A stretch of 63,564 nt of DNA, the filler included. It is 7 parts of 7 records of this genome, joined end to end, with 100 filler letters (N's around TTAATTAATTAA, not from the genome) between each part and the next. Parts side by side here need not be neighbours in the genome. Positions count along the whole stretch, not along the records: positions 52,762 to 63,564 come from SRR7504441_396; 6 more parts are not named here. One strand, given 5' to 3'. Under the pieces are notes generated by a model. That model was not told where the DNA came from and did no database searches. It was given only the letters and a program-made list of their open reading frames with translations. Both the position numbers and the translations under genes were made by a program. Shown in pieces: positions 59,229-63,564 of the stretch (the stretch's first letter is position 1; every line of letters starts with the position of its first letter).

Positions 59229-62200
59229 ATGCAGGCGTACCTCCATGGGTTGGGTTCCGCCATGCCCGGGTTCGTCGGGCCGCGGCTGATCGACAGACGC
59301 AGCATATCACCCGGCAGCCCGTCGCGATCGGTCAGCCCGATCCGCCGGACTGTGCTCAGCCCAGCCGACCCGCTCTACCGAGTGCCCGTGCTCGCCCGAG
59401 CCCCCAACCCGCACCTGCGGCCCCACGGGTTCGGTCCGGCGGTGCATGGCTCGCCAGCGGCGCGAGGGTCGCCGCTCAAGCTGGGGGCGCCCGGCGGGGC
59501 TGTTGGGCAGAGCGAGATATTGTCGTGCTCGGACGTGCTGGATGAGCTGGACGAGATCACCATGCGCTCGCCCGACATCCGACGGTCCGGCCTGGCGGGC
59601 GGGGCTCGGGGAGCGGCGGGGCAGCGAGCTGGCGCATGTTGCGGCGATGCACGAGCACAATCCGGTTGTGAAGAAGGGGACCGGCCAGCTGCGGCAGGTG
59701 CGCGAGAGCGTCACTGTGTGGAAGCAGAGCCTTGCGGCGCTGGTGAGCCGTTGCTGGTCGGGCCTGAGCTGCGAGGGCAGGGCGCCAAGAACCAGCAGCT
59801 GGAACAGAGGGTGCAACAGCAGGATGCTGAGGCGGGCGCCATGCGGGAGCAGCTCCAGGTCGAATCTCATTCGGGATGGGCAGCTCACGGCTGAGACAGG
59901 TGATGGACAGCGGGATCGAGGCGCTGCATACGGAGCTGGAGCAGGCCAGGGCAGCGGCGCAGGCCAAGGAGCAGGCCGAGGCCGGGCTGCAGTCGGCGGT
60001 CGACAGACTGAGGGCAGAGAATGCAGAGCTGCGAGGCTCGATGGAGGTGAAGCAGACCGACCTTCAGGCGCTCGACGAGAAGCTGAGGGCGATGGACCAG
60101 GGGGTGCAGACACTTAACACGCACCTCAAGAAGAAAAGCGGCGAGCTCGAAGAGTTGACTCTGATGCTTGAGTCCAGGGACAGCAGCATGCTCGAGCTGA
60201 GCCGTCAGATGGAAGCTCTGCACTCTGACCGTGAGCGTCTTGCAAGCGAGCAGAAGAAAACTGAGGCCGAGATGGCTGGGCTGTGCGAGCGATTAGAGGC
60301 GGCCGAGCTCCGTTCCGGTTCAGTGCAGGTGGAGCTGGATGCCAAGGACTCGGCATTGATCGACTTGGCGGAGGCGTTGAAGGAGAGAGAGGCGAGCAAT
60401 GCGAAGCTCGAAGAAGCTGTGCAGAAGCTCCTCGCCGAGAGCGCGGCTGGTGGCGAGGAGTCGGCTCGGGCCCGGCAGCAGCTTGAGGATACGAATCAAG
60501 CTGCTCAGCTGGTGGTAGCAGAGCTGAACGAGGAGCTGAGCAGCAAAGGCGAACTGATCCAGAGACAGGAGGAGACGATTGCTCAGCTCAAAGAGGAAGG
60601 GGAACGGCACAAACAGGAGAGAGAGAAGCTCGAGGCGGAGCACAGTGCACAGTGCGCCACGCTACAGGCCGAGCTGGACCAGCTGAGGCAGAAGCAGGAG
60701 CAGGCCGCTCAACAAGCCTCAGAGCTGGATGCTCACGACAAGGCCAAGGACGCGGCTGTGGCGGAGCTATCAGGGTCACTCAAGGAAAAGGAGGAGGCGA
60801 TCGAAGCGCTGAATGCTACAGTGCAGAAACTTAAGGTTGAGGCTGTGCAGCTTCAGGGAAGAATCGAGCTCAAGGAGTCGGAGATGATGAATCTAGAACG
60901 CAAGCTCTCTATAATGGACGACGGGATCGAGGGAATGAACGTGGAGCTGCAAGAGCGGAATACGCTACTGCAGGATGCGTCTCGGAATTCAAAGGAGAAA
61001 GAGGACAAGATTGTGGAGCTCAACACCAGATTACAGGAAATGACTGCAGAGAGTGTCAAGTTGTCAGGAACGGTAAAAGTTAAGGATGGCGAAATCGAAA
61101 CGCTACGGCAGAAGCTCGACTCGCACGATGAAGGCACCGACGCAATCAAAGCTGAGCTGAAAAAGAAGGACATCTTGCTGAAAGCAAGCGAGGAAGCAGT
61201 TCGACACTACAAGGCGGAGAATGCAGCTCAAGCAAGCGAGGTAGATGCACTGCAGGATCAGGTCATGGTGATGGACCAGGGGATAGAAGCTCTCAACAGC
61301 GACATGAAGAAGACTGACTCGACCGTCCAGGGACTGTGCGGCACTCTTGAAAAGAAGGACAACAACATCTCCTCCTTGAACTCATCGGTTCAAGCTCTGA
61401 GGACAACAATGGAAGTGAAGGAAAGCGAGCTAGAGATTGTCCGTGAGCAGCTTCGCGAAATGGAGGAATCTGTCGAGGCGCTCAATCTTCTTCTTCGCGA
61501 CAAGGGGGCGTCGAGAATGGGGAACGCAAGCATCACTGCAGAGCTCGGCTCGTCAGTGAAACGCGTCATTGCCGAGAAAAATGAGCTGATTGATATCGTG
61601 GAAGCCAGGGACTCGGAGGTGGAAATTCTCCAGGAGCAGCTGCAGGTGATGGACGAGGGCATCGAGGCAATCAACTCAGACTTGCTATCAAGCATGGGTG
61701 CTTGCGAAGATCTGGCTGATAAGCTGCATAAAAAGGAGAGAGAGCTAGACTCCAAGGACAATGAGATACGCCATTTGAAGCAACAGGCAATGTTGATGAA
61801 TGAAGGCAGCACTGTTCTCAATGGCGATGCACAACAGAGGGCCTCGGCCATGCAAGACATACAAGTATCTGGCTCGCTCAAGCAGAAGGAAGGTAGCTTG
61901 GCTGAGCTCAGTGAATCAGTGCAGCAACTCCAGGCGGATAAAGCCGTGCTCGAAGGGACTGTTGGTGCCAGGGAGGCCGAGTTGAAAACCATACAGCAGC
62001 AGCTCAAGACCATGGACCACGGGATGGAAGCCCTGAAAGCTAAGGAAGACAGTATATCTCAGCTCAAAGCATCCGTTGATAAGCTAACAGCTGAGAATGC
62101 CAAGATGTCCGAGGCTGATTGCGAGCTTGAGAAATTACGAGCCGAGCTGCGGATCGTGCAAGAGCGCGAGGCCAGCATGCTGGAGCGCGTCCAGCAGGAG

Positions 62201-62851
62201 ATGAACAACCTTACTCAAGAAATGACCACACAGCATGAGGAGAAAGAATTGCTCCTGGGCCAGCTCAAAACTAACAAGAGTGGCGAAGATGAGACCACCA
62301 AGGCGCTTGAAGATACACAAGAAAAGTTGAGCGCAGTGCAGGGAGCGCACAACATGATGCACGCTCGGGTGCTCCAGCTCGAGGAAGAATTGCTCCGGGT
62401 CAAGGGTACGGTAAGTGATAGGCCCCCTTCCTCAAACCGACCGCTAATCGACTACGAGAAAAAGGTGCAGTCAATGGACGAGAAGCTGCAGAGTGCGAGG
62501 AAACACGAGTTAGACTCGAAGAGTGCCGAGCTGAAGAGCCTGCACGATATTTCGATGCTCAAGGATCAGTTACGCAAGAGCGAGGAGGCGCGCCTGGAGC
62601 TCCTTCGACGGAATCAACCTCATCAGGAGCCCGATCCCTGCATTCGGGCAAGATTCGGATCGGCATCACCCGCAGTCACGCTGAGGTCCGCTTCACCTTT
62701 CAGATCTGCCTCGGGCCAAGAGAATAGAGCCTTTAGTAGATCTGCAGGTTTAGGTGTGGACTCAGGAATACCAGGAAGCGCAGGCCGTGGTTTCTTGCAG
62801 CGCTTATGTGAGCGAGGGGTACAGCGTGCGAGTGAGTACAGAAAGACCTGA
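59229..62851 (+). CDS. Long coiled-coil protein with internal repeats; short 5' introns, start approximate
   Basis: 991-aa terminal ORF of heptads with a recurring QLxVMDxGIEALN motif. Confidence 0.8.
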
Positions 62852-63254
62852 AACCCTACAGCGTCTCGAGTCCATCTTGTATTAATCTTGTACTTATAAA
62901 TATTAAAATAAGGCATGGCTGCATTACGTACAATCACAACTCGTACAGGCCTACAGGGCTACCAGGACATTGTCAATTGCTCTGATTAATTAACTAGTAC
63001 AAGTACATAGATCATGCATATGATTCCCTGGATTCTCATCGACGAGCTCCCAGCAGTATCCCAGGGATAGCCTCCGAGCCCTGGCTCCTCCCGATACGAG
63101 TACATAATTATAATTATCCGATACAAGTACTGCGTTCAAATGTATTGCTATATATAGTTGTTAATTATAATTATATTTATATAAGTCTTAGTACAGTCTA
63201 GGGTGTCAATCTGGTGTCAATTGCACGGGTTATCGGCTAGTGCTAGCAACCTAT

Positions 63255-63564
63255 TTAGCAACCTATTGCGCGCCTCTTGACAAGTTTGTGATGCGGACAC
63301 AACTTTTGAAGATTTTTTATAGCGCTACAGGCACGCACCGAGTCAATTCCAAGACACGGAGGGGTGGGCTAGGGTGGGCACCTTGCATGCGTTGGATCTA
63401 GACCAAGAACTTTTTCAAGGTCGCCTCGTTGCTGCTTATGTAGATCAAGCCGCCCAGACACCACTGCTCGTTGAAAGTAGTAGTCAGCCACCTAAGACCT
63501 CTTATTATCGAGTTCTGTGGAGATTGAACACCTTCGGGTTTAAGGAAATTGCCTTTGAAAAGAA
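63255..63564 (-). CDS. 3' end of a TPR-repeat protein (not in ORF track; 2 introns; continues beyond window)
   Basis: Spliced FSKAISLNPK|VADYYFQRA..DLEKVLGLDPTHA|SAIKNLQKL..GC*. Confidence 0.75.

Overview
Compact, GC-rich nuclear DNA of a microbial eukaryote, probably a flagellated protist. It uses the standard code and consists of seven contigs joined by six artificial 100-nt spacers (N44-TTAATTAATTAA-N44). About 30 protein genes were reconstructed by hand, mostly as head-to-head pairs about 60-120 bp apart: Rab-like GTPase, PTEN/tensin-like phosphatase, Slo-type K+ channel, Sfi1-like repeat protein, deoxyhypusine synthase, DnaJ, saposin/Canopy-like protein, tandem adenylate kinase, ACT-domain SerB, a giant EF-hand/C2 protein, TM-lipase, GNAT-LysM-chromodomain protein, CDK10-like kinase, NDUFA9, PurK-like, RhoGAP, Ubl-VHL, PQ-loop transporter and several coiled-coil proteins. 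Introns are tiny (mostly 35-50 nt) and GC-rich, lack a polypyrimidine tract, and unusually often use GC donors. The standout observation is two insertions in one gene that consist of (TTAGGG)n telomeric repeat flanked by near-perfect target-site duplications that themselves supply splice sites. This looks like intron birth by telomere-repeat-filled break repair, and decayed versions of the signature appear in other introns. All gene models are manual and unverified by RNA data.
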